A DNA stretch of 64,000 nucleotides from assembly GCA_001643675.2 (NCBI GenBank), contig LSRY02000007.1, positions 1,240,001-1,304,000 on the forward strand, read 5' to 3'. The notes below the pieces were generated by a model, which ran no database searches, was not told the origin of the DNA, and saw only the letters and a list, made by a program, of their open reading frames with translations. Within the stretch, counting starts at the first letter, position 1. Every line of letters starts with the position of its first letter. Of this stretch, positions 49,849 to 62,357 are shown one piece after another. Position numbers and translations under genes: made by a program. Source of the DNA: Monocercomonoides exilis PA203 (lineage: Eukaryota > Protista > Preaxostyla).

Positions 49849-50525
49849 ATGTTTTGAAAATACGTTGAAAGATACAAATAATGATAATGAGGATTTTGAA
49901 GAAAGGAAAGACGAATATTTACTTTAAGAGCGAATTTTCCGTATCTCTTCTTTACTGCTTGGACTTCTTTTTTTCACAATTACAACGAATTTTAATTTTT
50001 TTCAAGATTATTATAAAAGAAGACATTGAAAACCATTTCAAAGAACATAGTAGAGATCAATGTTTATGGAAAAGCTAAAGTTTTGAATTTCATTTCTTCC
50101 TTCCTCACAACATTTGATGCAGCGTTGTTTGTTGTCATTGATGTGCGAGTTGTTTTGAATTAATTTTTCTAGTGTTTTTTGTTATCTTTATTTATTATAT
50201 TTTTTTCCATTCGTCATTTCCACTTCTTTGCTATGTGGCGTAACCGAAAAAATCTAATCGAGAGATTCACGCATTTATTGTTTGAAAAAATTTTATGAAG
50301 GTCTATTTTTTGTTAAAAAAAAGAGAAGATAATTGAACACATTTTATTCAATGACTTATTGACAGGAGATGGATTCACATGCAGTGAAAAATGTTTTCAT
50401 ATGAAATTAGATTATCAAAAAACATTCCTGTTAAACGTTATCACAAACAAAAAAGATATATCTGGATATCCAAAAAAAATCTAATTGTTCCGAAATATGG
50501 ATAAGATCTGCTTTTATTTGATCTA

Positions 50526-53500
50526 ATGGCTGTTTCTCAATGGAATGTAGTTAATACGGTTGATAAATTGATAGAATCGGAACAAAAACTACAGGACATT
50601 GCATTAACACAGCTTCCATATGTTACTCATGTTACATCAAACACAAATGTTTGTTTTGATATATATTGAAATGTACTTTTCTAATTAATTTAATTTTTGA
50701 TATCTCCAATATTATTTGATATAAAATGTTTTATTGAAGCCATTGTTTTCGCAACATCATTTTATTTCTTTTCCAGAAGCATTCAAAATATATAATTCTT
50801 GTTTGTATTTTATTTTGAAAATTTCTTAACGAATTAAATTTCTTTTAGCTTCAAACACAAAGATTGGATTCTTTCCAGAAATTAATCGAATATGGACTAT
50901 TTCTGGAAGACATTTGCTTCTTTGGAATTATGTGAAGCAGTTTATACAATTATTTATTCTTTTTTGGATGTTAAATTTAATTTCTAAAATTTGATGGTGC
51001 AAACTTAGGAGAGATTTATGCGTGTTTGACAGCAACTTTCCATCATTGGAGATTTGTCATATTGCAACACCTAAACGACGTGTTTTTATCGATGCAATAA
51101 AGTATTGATATTTAAACATGATTTTGAATTAACAATATTCTTTAATTTCAATGCCGAATTTCTGTTCAGATACGTGCTTGTTTTGGGCTCACAAACAGAA
51201 CTGAAACTTTTTGGAATTTCATTTAATGAAAAAGACGATATTCAGATAATACCTAGTTTGGCAATTCAAAAGCAGCAAGAGATTAATTATTTATTTTTTT
51301 CCCTTTTCACTTTTTTAATATTTAACCAATGCATATATTTCTATTTTGCATGTATGTCAAATGAAAACATTTCCAGCAAATATGCACGTGAAACTTCAAA
51401 CTTCTCGAAAGATTACATGCTGTGCTCACCATCCGAATGGTCGGCTCTTTTTTGGTTTTTCAGACGGTGCAATTGAAGAATTGGATTACAAATCGAAAGA
51501 AGGATGGTATTTTATAATTTATTTATTTACATTTCATTCATGAATATGCTTTCGTTAACAACTTTTTTTCTTCATTCAAATTGATCTTCATTCACATTTA
51601 TCATTTTTTTGTTTTTAATTTTGAAATTAGGTTTTCAAAACATTGTAGATTTATTTCTTCTGCGCATATCATATCGTCTACATCATCTTCTTTTATTCCA
51701 TCTTTGCTCCATCCCTTTTCTTCTTCTTCCTCTTCTGCGCAAGCAGACAGAATCCAAAGCATCATCATCGATTCATTCAGAGGACTTTTGTTTGCACTTT
51801 CAGCTTCTGGCTCATTATCGCTGTTTTCGCTGTATGTGCAGTCATTGACTCCATTGATTGTCACAGAACAGTCGCCTGACCTGTCATCATCTTCAAGCAA
51901 AGAAATGAAAACAGAATTGAGACACATAACTACAATTACTACAAAGGATATAGCAGATCAAATGAAGCGATATCTGCATATGTTTAAGAGAGATGTTGAA
52001 AGGGAGATTAACTTGGGAACAAGCAGATATAAAAGAATGTCTTCAAAGAGATCAAACGATTACACTGATCCCCGGGCAATGGATGAATGGAACGAAAGAG
52101 CCAACAGAGGAGAGAAAGATAGATACACAGCACAGTCACCGATTAGCACAACCCCAACAAGATCTCCATTCCAGCAGTCGTTTCCTGTGAGCCGACTTTT
52201 GACTCCACAGGCATATCAACCAGACAATCAAGCGCAGAATCAACTGAACATTCAACCAGAAGTGCTTATTGAACATGCATTAACCACACCTCCACAATCA
52301 CTACTCCCAAATTTCGCTTCTCAGTCTCTTCCTCCATCGCCGTCATCTCCATCACCATCATCATCGCCATTGCTTTCTTCTTCTATCTCCTGGACTGATC
52401 TCCGCTTGCTTTTCCGCGACGGCGATTGCTTTGTGCCTGTTTCTATTCATTCTGTATCTCCGATGGAGTCTGCAACGATTTGCTTATGTGCAGTGTGTGC
52501 AAATGGATGTCGCATCTATTTTTCTTCTCATTCGTTTGAAGAAGTGGCAGAGGAAAGGAAAGCTGCCAGAGAGGCAGGAAAGGCAGCGGTGATGAAATTT
52601 GTGAGAGAACAAGCTAAAAGCAATGAGAAGAAAATGAATGTGAGAGAAGGAGAAGACGATTTCTTTGCAACGGACAAGAAGGATAACACTTCATCACCAC
52701 ATATGGATCAGTGGAAGAAGAAACATTCATCGCTAACGGTGTATTCATTTATTCCTCCTCCTTCTTTTTTCACTGGATCATCTTCTTTGTCAGCTTCTTC
52801 CCCTTCAGAGTTGACAAACCAGCCTGCACAATCACCCCTCTCGTCTCCTCATGTGCCTCTTTCATCGCCTTTGATGTCTCCACAAACAAGACAGCCCACT
52901 TCACTTTCATTTCTAACATACAATTCTTCTTCTTCTTCTTCTTCTCTTTCTGAGAATGTCACTGGATTAATGCCACAACAGAGGAGACCTTCCACATTCT
53001 CTCATTTCTCATCCATCACTCGCTCTCTTGTCACTTCCTCGTATTCACTTCTGGTCAACAGGAATGCAAATGACTCATCAGACACACTCATCCTCACATC
53101 AACCCAACTCCACAATCACCCTTTCACTTTGCCATGTTATTCTCCCTTTGGAGGAATGCCTTCTTCTTCTTCTTCTTCTTCTTCTTTTCCCTCTTCTTCT
53201 TCCTCTTTTCAATCTCCATCTCTCCAAAACATCTATCTTTCAGCTTTCAGCGCTCCATCTACTCTTTCCGAAAACTCTTTTTCTGTCAAAATGAACTCAC
53301 CAGTGCTTGCTGCGTGTGAGATCCCGCAGCAACTCCTGCTTTCGCTCTATTTCTCAACTTTTGCACATTCACAATCAATCCTTTCTTCTTCTTCATCTTC
53401 TTCTTCTTCTTCCTCCTCCTCATCGACTATTCTGCCTTCAAATCCACTCATTTCATATTTCTCTCAGCTGCCTTGGCTGACTGTCCCTGGCTTGGAAGAT

Positions 53501-56500
53501 AGTGCGAATGGAAAGCGAAACAAGAGGAAAAGAGGAAAAGAAGGAAAAGAGGAAAAAGATAAAGATAAAGAAGGAGAAGATGAATATCGAAGCATTTCAC
53601 GAGAAAGATATCCAACAAAAGCGTATAGAGCTTCAACACAGCAGTCAGGAATAGAGAGGAGTTCGTTTGTTGACTCACAAAAGATAACTTCATATTCAAC
53701 ATCGAATGCTTCTTGGCCTTCTGTTAGATCTTTATACGATGCAATGATTAACAATTGCTTCCCTCCACAGCCATCTCAATCATCTCTTTCTCCCTCTTCA
53801 TCGTTTTCTTCATTTGCTTCATTGCCCACTGAAATTCAGTGCCAGCTGACTCCTTCATATTCTATTTCCCACACACCACAACATCCACACCTCCATCCAT
53901 TTTTCACCCCTTCTTCTCCTCTCATCGCTGTTGCTGTGTCAGATGGCATCCATCTTTTCTATCAGTCATCACTTCTGCATCATCTGGCTATGCTCCTATC
54001 ACAGGGCGGTATAAGCGGATTTTCATCATCATCATCATCATCATCTCCTTCTTTGTCTTCTGCTGCATTGCCTTCCCCCATCAATTCTCTCTCCACCACA
54101 ATTCTCGGCCCTTCTCTCCCATTTGCATCCTTTTCTTATTCCTCCTCGTCTTCTTCCTCTTCCTCTTCTTCTTCTTCATATGGCATCAACCCATCAGGCC
54201 TTCTATCACAAGGATATCCATTCACTTCACCAGCTTCCCAGAGCATAGATGCCACACCTTTCACTGTCACTGCTCCTCCTCTTTCTTCCTATTCTTCTTC
54301 TTCTTCTACCAGCTTTTCTCCTCAGACTCTCTCTGACTTCTCTCTTTCTCCTGTGCATTCCGCTGGCTCTGCCTCTTCTCTCGCCTTTTCACTGGACAAT
54401 CTGAGAAGATTCGCACAAAATGTGGGAAATGACGAAACATGCTTTTATTTGCTGGTTCTGGCAACAAACATGAATGTGCAAAAGGCAACAGATAGTTTGT
54501 TCCCATTGTCATCATCTTCTTCATCCTCTCTCTCAAACATATCACCACAAACAATTTCGCCTTTCACCTCTTCTCATTCGCAGCTCTATTTCAACAACTT
54601 TCCTGTCCCTTCTGTTCCACACACACCCACTCTGTTTGCCTCGGCCATTCGCGCCTTTGTTGTATTAGGATCATCACCTGCTGAACCCCTTTCATCACAT
54701 CTTCTTTATGCTCTTGATTCTTTCTTGTCTTCTGCACAAAATGATGCATTCGACAAGAATGAAATGAAACGCAAAAAACGAGCTGATAAAGAAAGAGATA
54801 TGAACTTGAAGAATTCTGAGGCACAGGCAAATGATAAACTGCTTCAATCAACATTCACAGCGGCTCACAATGCCTTGTTCCTGTTCATTGCTAGAACACT
54901 TGCTCCAATATGGAACAGCCCTCTTTTCACTGTAGAAAAGATTGATGGGAAGTCAAAGAGAGGAGGCAAAAGTATGAGTGAGGAGGAAACGAGCAAGATG
55001 GAGAAGAAGAAGAAGCAGAAGCAAAGACAGAGAGATAGAGAGCAGAATGCGTTGTTATGGAAAGGGGAAATCGTTGATGCGATTATGCAGCGGAGGCAGA
55101 GGGAGCTGAAGGAGAGGACAAGAATGCTGAAGATGTCACACATTCTGATGAAGCAGAAGCTGCAGAGCAACAAACAGGCTGATACAAACAGAAGGAAAAA
55201 GATTGAGAATAACTTGTTGCACAATGATAGAAAGGGGAAAAATAGAAGAGGAAGCGGAAGATTTGATGGGAAGAGTGAAAAGCGGAATGGTGATAGCTTC
55301 AGCGAATCTGCATTGAAAGACATGGGAAACATTTTGAATTCAATTCAAAGAGGTTCCACGGGCAGTGAAGAGGAAGAAGAAGATGAGGAAGATGAAAGAT
55401 TGAGATATGAAAGAGCAATGCTTGAAGGGAAAGTGCTAAAGGGAGAAGGATATTTGCCTGGATATTCGAATGCTACCAAGCTAAATGGAAGATACTCAAC
55501 TGCACAGAACAAAAGGAAGATGAAGAAAAAGACTAATTCAAAAAGGGAATCTAAAGGGAAAAGCTGGTGGGACAATATTAAGTCATATATTGGATTAGGG
55601 GATAGAGAGGAAGAAGTGAGTGATGAAGATGCAGATGAATATTCTGATTTTTTTGCAGAAGATTATTTAACAACTGACAAAACTTATCACAATAAATACG
55701 ATGAAGAATATCCAAAATCATCTAATTCCAATTCCACAGAAAATAAAAGAAGAAACAATTTTGAATTTGAGGACGACATGAAAATGTCTTCTTCTTCAAA
55801 CAAAGACAATTCATTGATGAAGAAGAGAAAGAGGAGCTTTTCTGATCTGGATGACCGTTCACGTTATTCAGAATCAGGCAAAACAAGCAGCTTTCTCTGG
55901 AGATCAGCCGAAGAGAAAAAACAGAAAATGTTGCGCGCGTCCAGAGAGAATTCATATGCAGCTAATGATGCACAAACGTCTCTTCGTCCAATTCTTGCAT
56001 TGATTGAAAGTGCAGAAGAACAAACTGACCAGAATGATGATCAAAAACCCACAGTTCTTCAAAATGACTCAATGAATGAATCTTCTTCAAGCAAAGTGGA
56101 TCCAAACAGCCAAAGTTTGTTTAACTTACTGTCTTATCAACCATCTATGCAATCTGAACAACAGTCAGCTTCTGCATCAGCCTCAGCCTCAGCATCCGCA
56201 TCAGCTTCTTCTTCTTCTTCATCGTCTTCCTCAACCTTATTCCCATCTCTTCCCCAGAACAATGCAACACAACTGCATTCTCCTTCAAATCGCCTTCCCT
56301 CATTGCTGACTCAGAAATCCTTCAGTCGCAAGCCCCGACCTCAACCTCAGCCACAGCAGATTTCTCCATACAGCTTAGCCGGCACTTCATTTGCCTCCTC
56401 ACTCATTTCAGAAACGCCAATTTATTCGCTTCCCTCGCAAATGCTCACTCGATTCTCTTCACTTGCTGCATCCGCCCAGCAGCGGAGCCGATTTCCCCCA

Positions 56501-59416
56501 TCAACTCTGTTCTCGTCTGCTGCCTCTTCTCAACTGCTGCCTCTGCTAAGCCTGTCTTCGTCTCCTTCTTCTTCGTCTCCATTTGGAAGTCCGTTCAGCT
56601 CATTCAGAAGCTCTTCTTCAGCTGATGAAGATTTACGTGAATTTTCGAATGCACAAGTGGGAACCACAGCTACATCCGCAAGCTTTTTCCACTCGTTGTT
56701 TACTGACGTCTCAGATCTTATTGATGAATCAGTGGCAATCAACACATTATTCCTTCGACAACAGTTATCATCACAAGCAATCACCACAGGCTTACCAACT
56801 GCGTCAAATGAAAAACGTGAATCGTCTAAGAAATCAACAAATTCTGAATCATCAACAAAGAGTAAAAATTCTTCTTCCAGCGACTCAGATATGCCTCTCA
56901 AAGTAATTGCTTACTTGAACATTGACACTTCTGTACTTCAATTGATAGATCAAACATTATATTCATTACTTAAACTCCTCTGTGACAGTTCTTCTATTCG
57001 ATCATTCTTCCTCAAAGGCAAAGTTGCCACTGCAGAGAACCAACTGTCTATTAATCATCTTTCTTCGCTGGCTGCTTCAGATTCTCAGGCAAACAGTCAA
57101 TCAGCAAACGAAACGGCTTCATCTTCATTTTTGGTCTCTCTTCTTATTCGCTCTCACGAAGCACTCCGCTTGTTGCTTCTTCTTTCTAAACAAAAAAGCT
57201 TTGGAAACTCAAAATCTTCCATTGAATCGTCAACAAATTCTCAATGTGTGTTATCAATTCCATCTGACTGGTTTAAAGATTTAGCCAAAATGTCAGGCAG
57301 TGCGAAAGAAAGCAAGAATAGCAATGTTTCTATTTCATTCAGCCAATTCATAACTTCTGCAGCAGGCCAGTCACTTGCACGATCATTGATTCTTAGCTCA
57401 ATAGACAGAGCATCACTCTCTCAGCTTTCAACAGCCCAAAGCAAGGGATTCAATTCAAGCTCGTTATCTTTATCAACCAAGTCTGATTCAAAGCTTCCAA
57501 CACTTCCATTTTATCTATCTGGAATTGGATTAGGTGCTTCGGCTGAACAACTGTCAAATGAATGCACGTCAGTCAGTCCGTCATTCTTTTCTTCAGAAGA
57601 CATCAAATTGCACAAACTGCATTCGATTCTGCGCTTTTGTGCACTTGCTTCTCTCAGTGCATTGAAGAAAGTGGAGAAGAAAGAGATGATTGGGAGAAGT
57701 ATTGAAGGATTGAAAGAAGAAAGAGATGGATTTATTGAAGGAATCTCCAGGAATGCCGAAGACAACAGCAACAAAATGTTCTGTGTTGAAGAATGTAGAG
57801 CAATTGATAGAAATGAAACTGACAGAGGAACAAACTTTATGACAATAGATGAAATGATTTCAGATCATTTCTCAAACCAGAAGAGTTCAATTAACCAGTC
57901 TGGTAAAGAAGAACTGAAAGAAATCACAATGGCTGAAGCTACATCTGCTTCATCATTGATGGATTCATCATCACCTTTGACTGCTCTCCTTCCTTCTGAA
58001 GGCACATCATTCGGCTTGTCTTCTGGCTTCTCTTCCAACTCATCAAATGACCTGAAAGTCGCATCAGCTGCTGTTCCTTCTATATTCAATCCACCATCAC
58101 AGAGTGAGTCTGATCTTTCATCGGCTTCACAACCAGCCATTCTCACAAAGCAAGGCAGATCTGTACTTCTACTCACTTCGCTTCGCATTCTCATCAATCT
58201 TATCACTTCACCACAATCTAACTCATCTTCTGCTTTCAACTGTCTCAAATCCCAATCGAACTCATTTCTCTGGTATTCAAACGTGAAGGATCCATCTTCA
58301 CTGTCCATTCTCTGCCCTCTTTTCTGTGCGCTTTCATTTCCTTCAGCGTGCGTATTTTTGGCTGTTGCACACTCACAGGCACATGACCCAGATAATCGAG
58401 CACGAAGATGGCTTGAAGCGAATTTAGTGCAGAAAAATCAATTGGCTGAAAGTGATAAAACAGACAACCATGGAAGAGGTATGGGAGAAGAAAGAAACGA
58501 AGGAAGATCAACAAAGATGTTGTATAATGAACGAATGCGAATAGCAACTGGAGATTCTACAAGCCCCAAATTAACCAGTCAACAAACATCATCTTTGTCT
58601 AATCTGATGCTATCTGAGGAAGATAAAGACGAAGCAATGGATGAAGAAGCGTTCTGGATGAGGAGAGGATGTTATGAGTGGGTGATGTTTGCGTTGGAAT
58701 GGTCATTGTCAACAAACAAGATGCTAAAACAAGGGAAATCAAAAGGAAGCAAATCGTATTCATCTTTCGCAAAAGAGGATATTGACTCGTCTTCTGATGT
58801 GATGTTCAATAAAGAGCTTATTCTTTCATGTGAAACAGTAAAGCAGATTCTGCTGTCAACTGACATTGTTCTTCATTTCACCTTCTTTGAGTGGTTGTGC
58901 AGCAACGGGCATTTGAACACAACTCTGATGGCAATTAAATCTCCCTATTTGCGAACATTCCTGGGTTCTCCCTTGTGTCCGAATGGAGATGCACTTTGGA
59001 TGCATTACATTCAAACGAACCAGCCACTCTTTGCTGCGCAGACGCTACTTGAAAAAGCGGTGGATCCTTATCTTGAACAGACACACAGATCTATTGCGGA
59101 TGTTGAAGAAATGAAAAAAGAAATGAGAGGAGATGAGAGAGGAGAAGAAGAAAAAGAAGAAAGAATGAACACTAATTTTGGAACTGGAAGTGCTTCATTT
59201 ACCTCATTTTTGAAGTCAAAGGATTCTTTAAGGCAGTCAGCTTCAATGAGAAAATCAGTGATGAATGCAAGTTCAAATGAAGAAAGAGATAATTTCCCTG
59301 AAAAGGAGCAAGAAACGACACTTGCTCTTCGCATCCATTATATGAAAGAAGCACTTGGATGCTTGAATGCAATGCTTGCAGCATTGGAATCATCTTCCAA
59401 TACTCTTTCATCTTAA
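50526..59416 (+). CDS. NUP155: Nucleoporin Nup155/Nup170 homolog, expanded (~2,800 aa)
   Basis: Short 5' exons encode Nup155 beta-propeller hallmarks: IGFFPEINRIWTISGRHLLLWNY, TPKRRVFIDAIK|YVLVL, NGRLFFGFSDGAIEELDYKSKEGW|FSKHC. The terminal exon 51631-59416 contains LCAVCANGCRIYF, HNALFLFIARTLAPIWN, STDIVLHFTFFEWL...IKSPYLRTFL and LALRIHYM. Confidence 0.9.
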
Positions 59417-59739
59417 TTGAAATCAATAAAATTTTTTTGTTTTTTTTTAAAATCATTTTGTTTTATTTTGAACATTTAAATTAAAAGAAGGAAAATATAC
59501 CTCTTTTCTTTGTTTTATTAAAAAAAAGAAAGATAATAATTCAACTCAAAACAAAAAGCATAAAGCATCTAGAATGAAAATTTTATGCAACGCGTTCGTC
59601 CATCGATGAACATGAATAAATCAAATTACACAAAGAATAAGTAATCACCTTCATCAACGAACAATCACATCAGCAAATTTTCACTTTGAAAAAGAAAAAG
59701 AAAAATCTGCAATAATTTGAAGTGAGTCTATAAAAACAT

Positions 59740-60113
59740 TCAATATTTCCTTTTCAAGTACTTTCTTCTTGCCAGTGGATGTGCCTCTGTTGTGAACACA
59801 TACTGATCCAGCGGCATCACCTCAGACGGCTCTGTGAAGGTGAGATACAAATACTTGAGCGTCTCTGACAGGAAAAACGACTCCATTCTGTCTACACGTG
59901 TGGGTGAAGTGGTGTCTACGCCGTTCAGCGAAGAGTATCCAGACGGTATCATCAGCCCATCTTCTTGATGAGGCTCAATTTTGCTGTACTTCATCATTGC
60001 CTTTAAGAGAAAAGAAAATTAAAAAAAAAAAAAAGAAGAGAAAGAAAGAAAAGAGAAATAAACAGTCAATATTTTGAAATGCAATTGTGACAATTTCAAA
60101 AAAAAAAAAAAAA

Positions 60114-60164
<51 letters not shown>

Positions 60165-62198
60165 AGAAGAAGAAGAAGAAAAATTTGCTCAAAATAAAAT
60201 TAATTCAATAAATCAATCCAATTTTAGTTTCTTATCAGTAACTGTTAAAATAAAAATTCTCAACTTTTATAGCACACCTTGAATATTTCCCAATTCCTCT
60301 CTTGATACTTTGTATCTCCCGTGATCCTCCAAAGATAAAACAGCGACTCTGCAACCTCAGGCCTAAGATTGTTTTGCCCATTCCTCACAATTCCCGCTCC
60401 TTCCCCGTCCATACTCGCAAACTCCCCAGCAAGCCCTGTCGGCGACTGGTGGTACATTTGATAGCACGTCTCCCCCAGATCCACACCAGCCTCAAAAAGC
60501 TCAGCCAGATCTTGCTCTCTTTGAGAAGTGCTGGTTTTATTAGGAATCTTCCAGTCATTCAAATAATAAGCTCCAAGCGCCAGGTTGCCAGACACGAAGC
60601 AGCTGAGATGCTCCCACTGATAATAGTCATCGCTTTTTCTCCACCACTTCCACCCGTCTTTGTTTTTCGAGGAAAGATGGCGGTTGAACGCCAGCATCTG
60701 CTCAATCCAGTGCTCTGCTATTTCCACTCCTTCATCCTCTTCAATCGTGACAAGCTTCTTTTTCTTTGTTCCTTCATTTTCTTTATCATCATTTCTTTTC
60801 TCTTCGTCTTCCTCCACTTCCTCCGTTCTTTTGGTTTTGTCTCCTTTCATTGTCAGTGAAGTGAGGTTAAGTCGTGAGGGAGACATGTATATAGACTCCT
60901 TGATTAGATATTCAAAAAACGAATCCCCCATTGCTCCAATCGACACATAACTCGTTGAAAAGTTATCCCCATTCCTATTCATGTACAACGGCAGGATGTT
61001 GTCTCTGTTCCTTCCACTGGCATCAAGCGTCGCTTGCAGCGCTCTGAGCGAATGGAACGCATAATGTGGGTCGCCAGTTCGGTCAGAAAGCGCCACAAAT
61101 TCCAACCACAGGCCAAACTCGGCGAGTGAGGCTGTGCCATAAGAAGTTTGCTGTGTCTTGTTAACTGAAAGTTCAGAAGCTCTCGGCATATAAAAGGAAG
61201 TGGGCTTTCCACTGCTTTTTTGCTTTTCAAAGATGCTCTTTTTTCGTTCAGTGAAATCAGGCTTGCCAGATGGTTTTTGTAAATGGACGTGATTTGATGG
61301 GATCGATGATCTGGAATTTTTTTCAAATTCGGATATAAGAGCATCCCCGATTTGCTCTGCTTTTCTGAGATAGACAGTGTTATTTGTAAGATCATAAGAA
61401 GAAATAAGTCCAGCTAAGATCCGAATTGAAGTTTCAAATAAAGATGGAGATCCTCCTGAATAGATATTCATAGTTTCTACAAAATTTTCAGCGTCCTTCA
61501 TTTCTTTTATTAAGCCCATTATATGCATAGTGGAAATTGAATCAACAATTGTTGTAGCTTGTCTCGAAAGCCAATCAAAACTTTTTTTAGATATTGGCCG
61601 AAGATCATCTCCACCCCATGAATATTTTTGATATGCATTCCAAGCATATTTGAATTCTTCTTTAATTGCATTTCTTCTTTTTTCATTTAAGTCTTTGTCA
61701 GCAAGAGTCGGCCATCTATTTGGAGGGGATTTATCTCTAATTTCGACTGTTGCATCATAAATGGAATCATAAAAGTCTTTGGGAATATCTGGTTTTTGAA
61801 TCACGGGCTCTGGAACGTCCGGATCAAGAGGTTGAAACTCATGTGAATCCGGATCTTGAGGTGTGATGTGCTTTCGAAAAACTGTTGAATCAATAAGAAT
61901 TTCTTCTCTTGAAAAAGAAACTTATAAAAATTTTCATCAATAAAGCTGAAATACACAAAATAAAAAAGTCACACTAGAATTTCTCTCTGATACTATATTC
62001 TGTTTTTGAATTAATCCATAAAATAAAATTTCAGAAATCATTTGATAAATAATTACATGCCTCAACATCCCGCGCCGTTCTTGACGTTTGAAACAGAACA
62101 TATGCAAAAGATAAAGTTGCCACAACAATGATAACTTTTGTCAGAAGGGATTCCTTTCTGGAAGGAGCCAACATTGTTCTATTTCTTATTAAGGGCAT
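59740..62198 (-). CDS. Class I alpha-1,2-mannosidase (glycoside hydrolase family 47), type II membrane protein
   Basis: GH47 motifs [57 protein letters not shown] and TEAHP. The first exon from 62198 encodes a signal anchor ([16 protein letters not shown]). The last intron is 60001-60277. 5' intron boundaries are approximate. Confidence 0.95.
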
Positions 62199-62357
62199 GA
62201 AAAAAGATTTTTCTATTTTGCATCACATCATTTTTATCAATTCAAAAACCGTTTTCATTAAATGCCAAAAAGTTTTTAAATAATTAACCATAATTAATAT
62301 TATATTTCTAATTGAAGCTGCTCTATTGTCCATTTGTATTTTATACATAAAATAATC

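Noticed and set aside
50200-50520. Possible small ncRNA or repeated AAAAAATCTAAT motif upstream of Nup155
   Set aside because: There is no recognisable tRNA, snRNA or snoRNA structure, and two copies of an AT-rich 12-mer are not enough evidence.
10947-59416. ORF-track termini such as MFYYKKQHF (15470), VCNKNSF... (to 10947), MFIYLLNLL (30310) and MIFIHIYHF (51581)
   Set aside because: They lie in AT-rich introns bounded by in-phase GT/AG sites, so they are not real protein ends or signal peptides.
17759-59416. Alternative genetic code (TAA/TAG = Gln, as in some oxymonads and diplomonads)
   Set aside because: The conserved multi-kb ORFs contain no in-frame TAA/TAG, and GPI ends at TAA where the family normally ends.
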